Part shown: piece after piece, positions 15,490 through 24,811 of the stretch
Layout of the letters: every line of letters begins with the position of its first letter
How positions within the stretch are numbered: the stretch's first letter is position 1
Assembly (NCBI GenBank): GCA_041744995.1
Contig: JBGTJT010000417.1
Coordinates: 1 to 37,258 of the forward strand
Direction: 5' to 3'
Source of the DNA: Pirellulales bacterium
GTDB taxonomy: Bacteria; Planctomycetota; Planctomycetia; Pirellulales; UBA7805
Length of the DNA stretch: 37,258 nt
Translations under genes and position numbers: made by a program
The notes under the pieces: model-generated
What the model was told of the DNA's origin: nothing
Seen by the model: only the letters and a program-made list of their open reading frames with translations
Database searches by the model: none

Positions 15490-16656
15490 TTAAGACATCG
15501 TCCACTCGACGACTTCGCCCGCGAGATTGGCCGTGTTGACGGCTCGGAAGGAACGGCGTTCGCGAGATTTCGCGGGCACGTCGAACTGGTTGCCGGCGAT
15601 GGCTTCCCAGGGACCGGTGGCAACGCGCGACTCGAAATGGCTGAAGTTGGGCGCCCAGGTCGACAGCGTCAGGCGCGTGCCGCCGTCGGGCAGTTCGGTG
15701 CAGGCAACTTCCGTGCGTCCGACCGGCCAGTTGATCGACGGCTTCTGGTCGGCGAGCAACTGCTCCGCCTCGGGGATCAGTGGCGGGATGATCTTGCCTG
15801 GCGGGGCGGCCAGGAAGAATTGCTTCACCGCGGCGGGATGCCCGGGCGGATAGTGCGAACCCAGGTAGTCGTTGCGGTGGGCGTAGTAAAGATACTGCCC
15901 GAATTCCAGGTTCATACCGGTCACGCTGCCGCCGCGCATGTTCCTTTCCCGCAGCGACTCGCCGGCGGCGCCCAGGGCAACGACCTCGACGCCGCTCAGT
16001 TCACCGCACCGTCCCTTGTGTCGCTTGACGGAATCCAGGACGGCGTCCGGCGGCAATCGTGCGTCGACACCGAGTTGCTGTTTCAGCTCGCTCCACGCCT
16101 GCTGCAGATCGAGCGCCCCAAGCCATTGTCCCGCCCGGCGGTAAGCCACATTGAAGTCGCAATCGATCAGCACCCACTGTCCGTGCTGCGGCAAGTAAAC
16201 CTCGGTGGCGGCATGCCCCAATCTGCTGCCGTCGCGGCTCATGCCGAGTAGTCGCGCGGTGTAGCCGCGGGTAATCAGGGCATGCCCAAGCAGCAACGCG
16301 AACGGTCGGCAGGTAAGCGGCGTGCCAGAGCGGGCCAGCCGCAGCAATTGGTGCGGGTCGTCCATGCCTGGCGGCCGATCGGCCACGCCATGTTCGGTCA
16401 GCCCGCGGAGCCGATCGCAGATTTCAAACGGATCGTGCCGCCCGTCGAGCACCTTTTCGCACGCCTCGGCAAACTGCACCACGCGGGGGTGGCCGAGCGC
16501 CTCGTGCTGAAAACTCTGGGCAAGCGATGCCGCGCCGCTGCCGCCGCCGGGAGCACCTGGACCGTAGTCGACCTCCGTCCGCACCGACGGATCATAGACC
16601 CGATACGCGGCCGCGGCCAGCTTCAGCTTGGTTCTTCGCAGCCAGTGGGTCGCCAT
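15490..16656 (-). CDS. Transglutaminase-like superfamily protein
   Basis: The Cys-His-Asp pattern TCRPFALLLGHALITRGYTARLLG ... GHAATEVYLPQHGQWVLIDCDF fits the family. The start was set at MATHWLRR (16656) to avoid overlap with the upstream gene. Confidence 0.6.
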   Translation of the reverse strand: MATHWLRRTKLKLAAAAYRVYDPSVRTEVDYGPGAPGGGSGAASLAQSFQHEALGHPRVVQFAEACEKVLDGRHDPFEICDRLRGLTEHGVADRPPGMDDPHQLLRLARSGTPLTCRPFALLLGHALITRGYTARLLGMSRDGSRLGHAATEVYLPQHGQWVLIDCDFNVAYRRAGQWLGALDLQQAWSELKQQLGVDARLPPDAVLDSVKRHKGRCGELSGVEVVALGAAGESLRERNMRGGSVTGMNLEFGQYLYYAHRNDYLGSHYPPGHPAAVKQFFLAAPPGKIIPPLIPEAEQLLADQKPSINWPVGRTEVACTELPDGGTRLTLSTWAPNFSHFESRVATGPWEAIAGNQFDVPAKSRERRSFRAVNTANLAGEVVEWTMS

Positions 16657-16690
16657 CAGCCGTCCGTTCCGTGGTATCGTGCGTGGCGTG

Positions 16691-17866
16691 CTAGCGTGGC
16701 TGCATATAGGCGGACAGGTTGCCGCGCGTCGCCTGCGGAGGAACCGCGTCGGCGATATCCTTGTCATCGGCCAACGTAAAGGCGATGACCAGCGGAAATT
16801 TCCCCTCCGGCGGATCAGGATTGTACCGGCCGGCGCCCCAATGTTCCCCGAGGACCAGCAGGTCGAAGCGAGTCAAGCCAAAGCGGTTCGCTGTTACCAG
16901 GCCCCGCAGTTTCGCTCGGTATCCCCGCTCGCCGTCGGCGGTTTCAAGATGCAGCTCTCCCTGCAGGATGCCGTCGGCCAGCGTCAAGTCGCATTGGCGA
17001 ATCTCGTCGGCCCGCCACATGGGCGGCTCGCCCCGGGTGTTGTCGACCAAATGAAACCGCGCGATTCGTTGCCGTAGCGACTCGGGAACGGCGCCGTCGA
17101 CGATCGAGCGAATCTCGTCGGCGGTAATCCACAGGTTGTCGCGGGAAACCGCCTGCTGGCGTATCGCCAGTCGCTCGTCCTCGGTCGAATCGTAGCCGCC
17201 CAACACCTGGGCCTGCACTCGCACAGTCGCCACGTCGGCCGGCCGGGTGATGTTCCAGTTGTCTTGGGAGTCGTCGTCCTCAATCGCCTGGTACTCCGCG
17301 CCGCGGGCGAGCAGCACGGTAAACTCGTTAGCGGCTTCGACCAGCTTCTGATGCAGGAAATTGGCGGAATGGGTGTTGGAATAATGAAACAGTTTGCCGT
17401 CCGGCGCGGCGATGTAATAGCCTTGCGTCGTCAGATTGAAATCCCGGCGGGGGCCTTGGCCGGCGATCTTGCGATAGAACTCGCCTTCGGCGTCTTGCTG
17501 TCGACGCTCGTTGGCCTGATTGATCGCTACCGGGACGAACCGCGTCCGCAGCAGCCGAATGATGCGAGGATCGGAGAAGACCGACACGCGGCCGATGACG
17601 CCGTTGTTTCACGTGCAGCCCAGCGGATTACCGTCCATCGCCCAGATGAAAATCGGCATCTGCCGTTGGGCCGCCTCGCGTTGCGCAGCCAGTAGTTCGA
17701 TCTTCCAGGGCACGGTCCGCCACGCTTCGTCCGGAATGGCCGCGTACCGCCGATGCGCCTGCTCGAACTTCTGCCGGAAGAGTTCGGTCTCGTCCGCGGT
17801 GGCGACGCCGGGGGCGGCAACGAACAGAGCAAGCGACATTGTGAAATAGGAGTAGGAATGTCGCAT
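16691..17866 (-). CDS. Secreted thioredoxin-like (Thioredoxin_7/DUF255-like N-domain) protein with one in-frame TGA at 17609-17611
   Basis: ORFs 17609-17887 and 16691-17587 share a frame and are separated only by a TGA. The ATG at 17866 is preceded by GGAGG 7 nt upstream. Signal peptide FTMSLALFVAAPGVATA. The junction reads PIFIWAMDGNPLGCT-TGA-NNGVIGRVSVFSDPRIIRLL. It is either a selenoprotein or a pseudogene. Confidence 0.55.
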
Positions 17867-18062
17867 GGGAAAACCTCCACAAACCACGTTCGAGGTGCCC
17901 TTTTAGTATGCACGCTACATCACGGTGGGGCAAAGTGGAATCCTGCCAGAACGTTCGAAATTGCCTGACGTTAATGTCGGGCTCGATTTTGGTTTGACGC
18001 GAGAATGAAACTCCCCAATCCCTTTGAGGCGCCCTCAAAATTGGCAAAGACTGCGGGAAAAC

Positions 18063-18110
18063 TTGACTCTCTCGCCTGTATTGCCGATGATAAAACTAGT
18101 TTAACTAGTT
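18063..18110 (+). promoter_or_regulatory. Candidate promoter and tandem palindromic operator of the phd/vapC pair
   Basis: TTGACT at 18063-18068 with an AT-rich GATGATAAA about 17-20 nt downstream. The self-complementary AACTAGTT occurs twice (18094-18101 and 18103-18110), just before the ATG at 18123. Confidence 0.4.
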
Positions 18111-18122
18111 AAAGGCGATAAA

Positions 18123-18368
18123 ATGAAAGCCAATGAATGGAGCGTCGCCGACGCCAAGAGCAAACTGAGCGAGGTACTGAACCGCGCCGAGCGGGAGGCC
18201 CAGGTTATTACCCGACGGGATCGACGGTACGTCGTCATGGATGACGATCATTATCGTCAGCTTACCGGCGCAACGCCCACGCTCAAGGATCTGATCCTCA
18301 ACGGGCCGAGCCTCGAGGGGGTGGATCTCAACCGTGACCGATCGCCCGACCGGGAGCTTGACCTGTGA
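18123..18368 (+). CDS. Phd/YefM-family antitoxin
   Basis: MKANEWSVADAKSKLSEVLNRAEREAQVITRRDRRYVVM is a typical Phd/YefM N-terminus. It overlaps the toxin gene by 4 bp. Confidence 0.8.
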   Translation: MKANEWSVADAKSKLSEVLNRAEREAQVITRRDRRYVVMDDDHYRQLTGATPTLKDLILNGPSLEGVDLNRDRSPDRELDL

Positions 18369-18793
18369 GAACCCTGGTCGACACCTGCGTGCTGTCGGAA
18401 GTGCGCCATCCCCAGGGAAACCCGCAGGTCCGCGAGCGGTTTGAGGCGATGGCGGCCGAGACGATCTACCTGAGCGTGATTACGGTCGGCGAAATCATTA
18501 AGGGTATCGAGAAGCTTGGCCACGGCCCGAAGCGCCGGGCGCTGACGGTTTGGCTGGAGGAACTCTCTACCGTCGCCGGTGACCGCATCCTCCCAATCGA
18601 ATCGGAGACGGCGGTCATCTGGGGTGAGATCACCGCGCGCCTAGAGAAAGCAGGCCAACGACTCCCGACGAGCGACGGCCTGATCGCCGCCACGGCCCTC
18701 CGGCACGGGCTGCACCTGATGACCCGCAACGTCGGCGACTTTGAATCGACGGGCGTGATGCTGATCAACCCCTGGACCGATGGCTCGGAATAA
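18365..18793 (+). CDS. vapC: VapC-type PIN-domain ribonuclease toxin
   Basis: A GTG start overlaps the antitoxin stop. LVDTCVLSE supplies the first acidic residue, and DGLIAATALRHGLHLMTRNVGDF is the PIN C-terminal signature. Confidence 0.85.
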   Translation: MRTLVDTCVLSEVRHPQGNPQVRERFEAMAAETIYLSVITVGEIIKGIEKLGHGPKRRALTVWLEELSTVAGDRILPIESETAVIWGEITARLEKAGQRLPTSDGLIAATALRHGLHLMTRNVGDFESTGVMLINPWTDGSE

Positions 18794-18871
18794 ACGGCTC
18801 ACCAAGCTCGGCATACAGAAGAGTGCTACCTTGGTTTGCGCAAGTCGCTCCAGACCGCAAATCGAACCGCT

Positions 18872-20893
18872 CTAGTCTTCGGCGAGCACCTGAAAGTACA
18901 ACTGGCGAAATACCAAGAAATTCATCCAGTTCCGCAAGGCATAGCCCGAGTTTCGCAGGTTCTCCGGGCTGTAGTCGCCCACTTCGCCGCCGCTGGGATG
19001 CACGCCGTCGTGGGAGATCAGTGTGCCGTCCCAGGTATCCCCGGGCCGTAGCGTCACGATCGCAGCGTGGTAATCGACCAGCGGCAGATTTAGCCCGTTG
19101 GCGACGTGCCGGATGATCTGGTTGATCTGCGCGACCGCTTCCTCCCGATCGCGCCGCGGCGGGATCGTATTGAGGATCGGCACGCAGCCCGCCTCGGCGC
19201 ATTGGCGAACGATGCTCACCAGGTGTTTCTGGAAATCGGCCGGCACCTTGCCGTCGGAGATGTCGTTGGTGCCGATCATGATGATCGCCGCCTCGGGCTG
19301 CTGCTTTTCCAGCACCGCTCCGACCGCGGCGGCCAGTTGATCCGCCCGCCAACCCGATTGGTTGGCGAACGTCGGCCCCTTGTCGCGGGTGCCGCGGATC
19401 AGTCCGCTCCAGGTGGTTCGCGGCGGCAGCTTCGGCAGGTCGTCGCTATCGGTCAGGTAACGCTGCGGCGGCTTGTTGCCGATCGGCGCCCAGAAGGCCA
19501 GCGAATGCGTGATCGAATCGCCAAACTGGGCCACGTAGCCGGGCGTGCCGTCGAACCGGGCGTGGATCCGCCGCACCATCTCAAGAACCTTGGGCGGCTG
19601 CACCGCCAATCGTTGCGGATCGAAATCAACAGCGGGCGCCGCGTCTCTGTCGTCCGCTTCCGCCGCGCCGTTTTGCTCGCCGCCAAGTTTCGCCGGCAGT
19701 GCGATCAACTGGTTGAGCATCTTAGCCGACAGAAACTGCTGGCCGACGTTCTCTGCATGCTCGGTCGCCAGGTCGCCGACCACCTGGTTGTTCTGGGTCT
19801 CGACCTGACTGGCCCGGGCGATTAGCGGCGGGGCGTTGATTAGCAGGTTGTTCTCAATCCGCAGATTCTCGTTCGTGTCCTGCGACCAGATCAACCGTCG
19901 CCGCCGGCTGTTCGGTTCGTGGACCGTGTTGTTATAGATCAGGCAGTCGCGGGTGTATGCCGCCAGGATGCCCGTCTCGGGACAGCCCGAGACAAAGTTG
20001 TTGCGGACCATCACGTCCACGGCATGCATATCGGCCCCGCCGCGATGCGGATTGCCCAGCGAGATGCCGACGTCGCAATCGAGAATCACGTTCCGCTCCA
20101 CGACACACTCAGTGGAGTTGTGCCACAGGAATACCGCCGCCCGCCCCTCCCGCGTGCGGCCTTGAATGCCGACGAAGATGTTGTCGCTGATCGTCCACCC
20201 GCGGGCGTTCATCACGTCGATGCCGCCGACATAGTTGCCCCGGAACGTGCTGGCGGTATCGGTCGAGTCGTCGGCATATTGCTTGGGTCGATCGTTGTAG
20301 AACAGGCAATACTGGATGCGGCAATCGCGGACGCCCTGGGCCTGCTTCTCCTCCGGCAGCGCCGGTCCCTTGATCGCCCGCTGCCAGATGTTGTGCAGAA
20401 AGCAGTTGTAGATGGTGACCTTTTCGGCCCCCAGGTCGGAGTTGATCTTGATACCGTTGAACTTGACGTTCTGGATCTTCAGATTGGCGATCGTCACGCC
20501 GGTGGCGCCGGTGACGGCCAGCAGTTCGCCATGCCGGCTGTTGGCCCCGTCAAGAATCACCCGCCGCCGGTCGTTCGACTCGCCGCGAATAGTGACGTTG
20601 TCGGTCTTGATGGCAAAGTACCGGGGCATCATGTAATGCCCATCGGCCAACATGATCGTACCGCCCGGCTCAACCACCTCAGCCGCCCGATAAAGCTGCT
20701 CGACGTTGGAGACACGGATGACCTGGCCGGTAGGGGCCGGCAGCGGCGGGGGGATGGGGGACCAGTTTCCTGACGGAGCGGCCGTCGCCCCGGCCGATAA
20801 AGCCAGAATCGCGAACGCGGTCAACGTTAGTTGAACCTTAGCGAGCACAGAAAGTCCTGTCCGTGGGGATTGGAATGATCTACAAAACCGCAT
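18872..20893 (-). CDS. Secreted right-handed beta-helix protein fused to a C-terminal SGNH/GDSL hydrolase domain
   Basis: Signal peptide (LTAFAILALSAGATA). Repetitive NxxxxN/beta-helix segments (IANLKIQNV, TIYNCFLHNI, VMVRNNFVSG). SGNH blocks FGDSITHS, IIMIGTNDI and HDGVHPS. The start was set at MRFCRSF (20893). Confidence 0.7.
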   Translation of the reverse strand: MRFCRSFQSPRTGLSVLAKVQLTLTAFAILALSAGATAAPSGNWSPIPPPLPAPTGQVIRVSNVEQLYRAAEVVEPGGTIMLADGHYMMPRYFAIKTDNVTIRGESNDRRRVILDGANSRHGELLAVTGATGVTIANLKIQNVKFNGIKINSDLGAEKVTIYNCFLHNIWQRAIKGPALPEEKQAQGVRDCRIQYCLFYNDRPKQYADDSTDTASTFRGNYVGGIDVMNARGWTISDNIFVGIQGRTREGRAAVFLWHNSTECVVERNVILDCDVGISLGNPHRGGADMHAVDVMVRNNFVSGCPETGILAAYTRDCLIYNNTVHEPNSRRRRLIWSQDTNENLRIENNLLINAPPLIARASQVETQNNQVVGDLATEHAENVGQQFLSAKMLNQLIALPAKLGGEQNGAAEADDRDAAPAVDFDPQRLAVQPPKVLEMVRRIHARFDGTPGYVAQFGDSITHSLAFWAPIGNKPPQRYLTDSDDLPKLPPRTTWSGLIRGTRDKGPTFANQSGWRADQLAAAVGAVLEKQQPEAAIIMIGTNDISDGKVPADFQKHLVSIVRQCAEAGCVPILNTIPPRRDREEAVAQINQIIRHVANGLNLPLVDYHAAIVTLRPGDTWDGTLISHDGVHPSGGEVGDYSPENLRNSGYALRNWMNFLVFRQLYFQVLAED

Positions 20894-20995
20894 TATAGAG
20901 ATTAGGCGCGATTGTTCCAAAACTACGCGAACCGCCAGTCGATGCCGCCAATTCGAGAGTTCGGTCAAACTGGACAATACCCAAAATGATACACA

Positions 20996-22084
20996 TTATG
21001 AACGGCCGGGGTGGGTCTCCGGTAAACCTGAGAGCGCTTGGCGGTCAGATCGATCGGTAAAATACTGCCTCGCGTAAAATTCGCGGTATTTTCCGCTCTT
21101 GACCCGTTTCCACCACGCTTCATGTTCTTGGTACCACGCGATCGTCCGCTGCAAGGCTCCTGGCCACTCGCTACGAGTCGGTTGCCAGCGGAGTTCCCCC
21201 TCAAGCTTGCTGGCATCAATGGCGTAACGTCGGTCATGACCGGGACGATCCGGCACGAACTCGATCGACGCCGCACCCTTGCCCATCAGTTCGAGAATCT
21301 TGTGCGTGAGCTCAAGGTTCGAGCGTTCGTTGTTACCCCCAATATTGTAAACCTCGCCGACGCGGCCTTGCTCCAGCACCGTGAGCAGCGCTTCGCAGTG
21401 ATCCTCTACATGCAGCCAATCGCGAACATTTTTCCCGTCTCCATACAGAGGCACTTTGGACTCCTCCAGTATATTTGTCACAAACAACGGGATCACTTTT
21501 TCCGGAAACTGATAGGGCCCAAAATTGTTTGAGCAGCGGGTTACCAGAACGCTGCTCCCGTGAGTCCGGTGATAAGCCAGCACGAGCAAATCGCTGGCTG
21601 CCTTGCTGGCGCTATAGGGGCTATTGGTGTGCAAGGGCGTCTGTTCAGTGAATTTCAAATCCGTCTGATCCAGCGGAAGAGAGCCATAGACTTCATCGGT
21701 GCTGACATGGAGGAAACGCTTTGGGCTGCCTCTCCCCCACACTTGCAGTGCGGCGTCCAGCAAGACTTGAGTCCCCAGGACATTCGATTCTATAAACGGC
21801 CTAGCATCAATAATAGATCGATCAACATGGCTCTCGGCGGCTAGATGAACAACTGCGTCGCAGTCCGGCAGCAAAGTCTCCAGCAACGGGCGGTCGACAA
21901 GATTGCCATGCACAAATCGATAGCGAGGTTCCTCGGCCAAATCTGCTAAATTCTCGAGGTTGCCGGAATAGGTCAGGGCATCGAGATTGGTGATCTGATA
22001 ATCGGGGCGGTGGTCCAGCACAAACCGGACGAAGTTCGAGCCAATAAAGCCGCAGCCTCCGGTGACCAACAGATGGCAACTCAT
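20996..22084 (-). CDS. rfbB: dTDP-glucose 4,6-dehydratase
   Basis: LLVTGGCGFIGSNFV Rossmann motif, PYSASKAASDLL (YxxxK), and HVSTDEVYG. The start is at MSCHLL (22084). Confidence 0.9.
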   Translation of the reverse strand: MSCHLLVTGGCGFIGSNFVRFVLDHRPDYQITNLDALTYSGNLENLADLAEEPRYRFVHGNLVDRPLLETLLPDCDAVVHLAAESHVDRSIIDARPFIESNVLGTQVLLDAALQVWGRGSPKRFLHVSTDEVYGSLPLDQTDLKFTEQTPLHTNSPYSASKAASDLLVLAYHRTHGSSVLVTRCSNNFGPYQFPEKVIPLFVTNILEESKVPLYGDGKNVRDWLHVEDHCEALLTVLEQGRVGEVYNIGGNNERSNLELTHKILELMGKGAASIEFVPDRPGHDRRYAIDASKLEGELRWQPTRSEWPGALQRTIAWYQEHEAWWKRVKSGKYREFYARQYFTDRSDRQALSGLPETHPGRS

Positions 22085-22119
22085 ATCAGGTGAAATTCCT
22101 TTGGTGCGGAGTTCAAGAA

Positions 22120-22992
22120 TCAATCTCGGGGAAGCAGGCTGCGTAAGTAGTCGCCGTAGGGGTTTTTCAATTCGCTCCCGAGCTGCGCCAGTTGCTCGAC
22201 ATCGATGAAGCCCATCCGGTAGGCGACTTCCTCGATACAAGCGATTTTCAGTCCCTGGCGTTCTTCGATCGTGTGTACGAAATTGGCGGCACCAAGCAAT
22301 GCCTGCTCCGTGCCGGTATCGAGCCAAGCAAAACCGCGTCCGAATCGCTCAACATGCAACGCTCCCTTCTCCAGGTAGACTTGATTGACGTCGGTAATCT
22401 CTAGTTCGCCGCGTGCAGAGGGTTTCAGATCAGAGGCAACTTCTAGGACATCGTTGTCATAAAAATACAGACCCGTGACTGCCAGGTTGGAACGCGGGGC
22501 GGAGGGTTTCTCGATCAACCGCACCGGTCGCCCCGAATGGTCCATCTCAACGACACCGTAACGCTCCGGATCGCGGACTTCGTACGCAAACACCGTGGCA
22601 CCTTCCGGGCGGCATGCAGCCCGATTAAGAAAATCCTTCAACCCCTGGCCGTAGAAAATATTGTCGCCGAGTACCAGTGTGACGGGACTGGTTCCCACAA
22701 ACTCCCGACCAATCAGGAAGGCTTGGGGCAGCCCCCCAGGTTCGTCCTGGACCGCATAGGAAATCGAGATGCCGACTCGGCTGCCATCTCCCAAGAGTTG
22801 CCGGAACGCCTCGACGTCGCGCGGCGTGGAGATCAACAGGATCTCGCGAATGCCCGCCAGCATCAGAACTGAAAGTGGATAGTAGACCATCGGTTTGTCG
22901 TAGACCGGCAGCAATTGCTTGCTGACCGAGTGGGTGATCGGATACAACCGGGTGCCCGCTCCACCGGCCAGAATGATTCCTTTGCGATGCAT
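22120..22992 (-). CDS. rfbA: Glucose-1-phosphate thymidylyltransferase
   Basis: [55 protein letters not shown] is the near-canonical RmlA N-terminus. Confidence 0.92.
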   Translation of the reverse strand: MHRKGIILAGGAGTRLYPITHSVSKQLLPVYDKPMVYYPLSVLMLAGIREILLISTPRDVEAFRQLLGDGSRVGISISYAVQDEPGGLPQAFLIGREFVGTSPVTLVLGDNIFYGQGLKDFLNRAACRPEGATVFAYEVRDPERYGVVEMDHSGRPVRLIEKPSAPRSNLAVTGLYFYDNDVLEVASDLKPSARGELEITDVNQVYLEKGALHVERFGRGFAWLDTGTEQALLGAANFVHTIEERQGLKIACIEEVAYRMGFIDVEQLAQLGSELKNPYGDYLRSLLPRD

Positions 22993-22997
22993 GTTGG

Positions 22998-24077
22998 TTA
23001 TCCCGGGATCCGTGTGGTCGCTTGCTGTTCTTGGTAATTTCCGACTGGTTGGGGCTTACCGGCCTCAGTGTCCTTGGTGAGTACCGTGCGGATCGTATAC
23101 TGCGGCTTACGATTGATATTCAGATGCACCCGCCCTATGTATTCCCCAATGATTCCCAAGGCCAGAAGCTGAAGTCCCCCCAGTACCAATACGGCGACTA
23201 TGATCGATGCGTAGCCTGGCACCATGATGTTCGACAGCAGAGCCTGGATAAGGTAGTTCGCGCCGGTCGCCAACCCGATCACGGCGGCCAGGAATCCCAC
23301 GCAGGACGCCACTTGCAGCGGGATCAACGAAAAGTTTGTGAACAGATTCAATGCCAGCGTGATGAGTTTTCCGAGTGAGTAGCCGCTGCGACCGTTGGCC
23401 CGCGGGTGGTGCTCGACGATCACTTGGCCAATCCGTTGCGTATTCCATGCGAACAGCCCGTCGAGAAACGTGAAGTTCAAATTGTAGGGCAGGATCGCCT
23501 GAACAAGTTCCCGTCGCACGGCACGGAACGAGGTCACCGTGATTCGGGACCGGAACACCAGACGAAAAAACGTGTTTACCACCACTGATCCGAGATTGCG
23601 ACCGCCCGTGTGTTGTTTGCGGCGGTATTCTCCATACACCAGATCATAGTCGCCCGCCTCCAAGTGCGCTATAAGCTTAGGGATCTCTTCGGGCGGATTC
23701 TGTAGGTCGTCATCCAGCGTCACGAGGACTTCGCCCCGGGCTTGGCGAAATCCGCACATCAAGGCGTTGTGCTGGCCGTAGTTCCGCATCAAGCGAATCG
23801 CGGTCACGTGCAGCGGGTCGGCCTCCGCCAATTGCTGCAGGACATCCCAAGCGGCATCCGGGCTGTTGTCGTCGACGAATATGATTTCATAACTTGGCTC
23901 GCGCGCTGCGAATACGGCTACGATCCGCTCGTAGAGCGATTGTAGCGTGCTTTCAGAGCCATACACGGGAATCACCAAAGAAATCCGCGGTACTATGGAG
24001 TGGTCTAATGAATGCGCTGAATTCGCCACAAGGATTGCATCGGCTAGGGGATGGGACTGTAAGGGGACTGGGGCCAA
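22998..24077 (-). CDS. GT2 polyprenyl-phosphate glycosyltransferase (ArnC/GtrB/DPM1-like)
   Basis: [31 protein letters not shown] (DxD), and two C-terminal TM helices ([19 protein letters not shown] and [22 protein letters not shown]). The start is uncertain: TTG at 24077 or GTG at 24029. Confidence 0.75.
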   Translation of the reverse strand: MAPVPLQSHPLADAILVANSAHSLDHSIVPRISLVIPVYGSESTLQSLYERIVAVFAAREPSYEIIFVDDNSPDAAWDVLQQLAEADPLHVTAIRLMRNYGQHNALMCGFRQARGEVLVTLDDDLQNPPEEIPKLIAHLEAGDYDLVYGEYRRKQHTGGRNLGSVVVNTFFRLVFRSRITVTSFRAVRRELVQAILPYNLNFTFLDGLFAWNTQRIGQVIVEHHPRANGRSGYSLGKLITLALNLFTNFSLIPLQVASCVGFLAAVIGLATGANYLIQALLSNIMVPGYASIIVAVLVLGGLQLLALGIIGEYIGRVHLNINRKPQYTIRTVLTKDTEAGKPQPVGNYQEQQATTRIPG

Positions 24078-24811
24078 AAGTGATAGACGTGTTCGACACG
24101 GGTCCGTTGGTAACCCTGCCGCTCATAAAAACTGCAAGCCGGCCTATTGTCCAGTTGAGTGACGACCTCCACCGTACGAATGCCCTGCTCGCTCGCCCAC
24201 TGGTGAGCCGCGCGCAACAAGGCACCGCCGACACCGAGGCCCCGCATCGCCTCGACAACCGCGATCAACCCCAGCACCGCCCGATCAGACTGGACGGCCA
24301 CCGTCACGAATCCCACCAGCTTGGCGTGGGCAGCTTCCGCAATAAAGACCGCATCGGCCACCTCATGGAGCGTACTGCGATTAATCCAAGTATAGTATAG
24401 CTGCTCAAAAATCGCGCGCGGAAACCGCGGGTCGAGCCGAAATCGCGATTCCAACCCCGCCTCCAGGCTGAGTTTTTGCAAGTCCGCGGAGGCGGTACTC
24501 ACCGGATGCTCCCGAACTATAAGACGCGGTTCACCAGGGCTTGCGGTGACATACTGTGCGGCGGTGTCCGACCGCTCAAACACCGCCTTTCTGGCCACCA
24601 GCGCACCGCCAAACTCTGCCAGAAGCGAGTCGGTCACGGGAGCTTCCGGCGAACTAAACCAGTACAACAACCGCACTCCTTCCGTCCTGGCCCGTCGCAA
24701 CACTTGGTGCAACTCCAGTTGGCTGGTGACTTTGCCCGTAATGCGGCTAACGGGAAAACCGAATTCGCAGGAATCCCAGGCCAATTTGGTCAACACAGGA
24801 GAGGTCGACAT
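24044..24811 (-). CDS. wecD: WecD-like dTDP-4-amino-4,6-dideoxy-sugar N-acetyltransferase (GNAT)
   Basis: N-terminal LAWDSCEFGFPV (compare E. coli WecD LTWENAFFG). RFRLDPRFP...YYTWINRS. GNAT core GLIAVVEAMRGLGVGGALL and TQLDNRPACSFYERQGY. Confidence 0.65.
   Translation of the reverse strand: MSTSPVLTKLAWDSCEFGFPVSRITGKVTSQLELHQVLRRARTEGVRLLYWFSSPEAPVTDSLLAEFGGALVARKAVFERSDTAAQYVTASPGEPRLIVREHPVSTASADLQKLSLEAGLESRFRLDPRFPRAIFEQLYYTWINRSTLHEVADAVFIAEAAHAKLVGFVTVAVQSDRAVLGLIAVVEAMRGLGVGGALLRAAHQWASEQGIRTVEVVTQLDNRPACSFYERQGYQRTRVEHVYHFWPQSPYSPIP

Noticed and set aside
16657-16767. N-terminal extension of the transglutaminase-like ORF
   Set aside because: It would overlap the upstream gene by 77 nt and is Arg/Pro-rich. 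The internal ATG at 16656 removes the overlap.
19106-20773. 239-aa and 284-aa + strand ORFs
   Set aside because: They are antisense shadows of the beta-helix/SGNH gene, with Arg/Gly-rich translations and no motifs.
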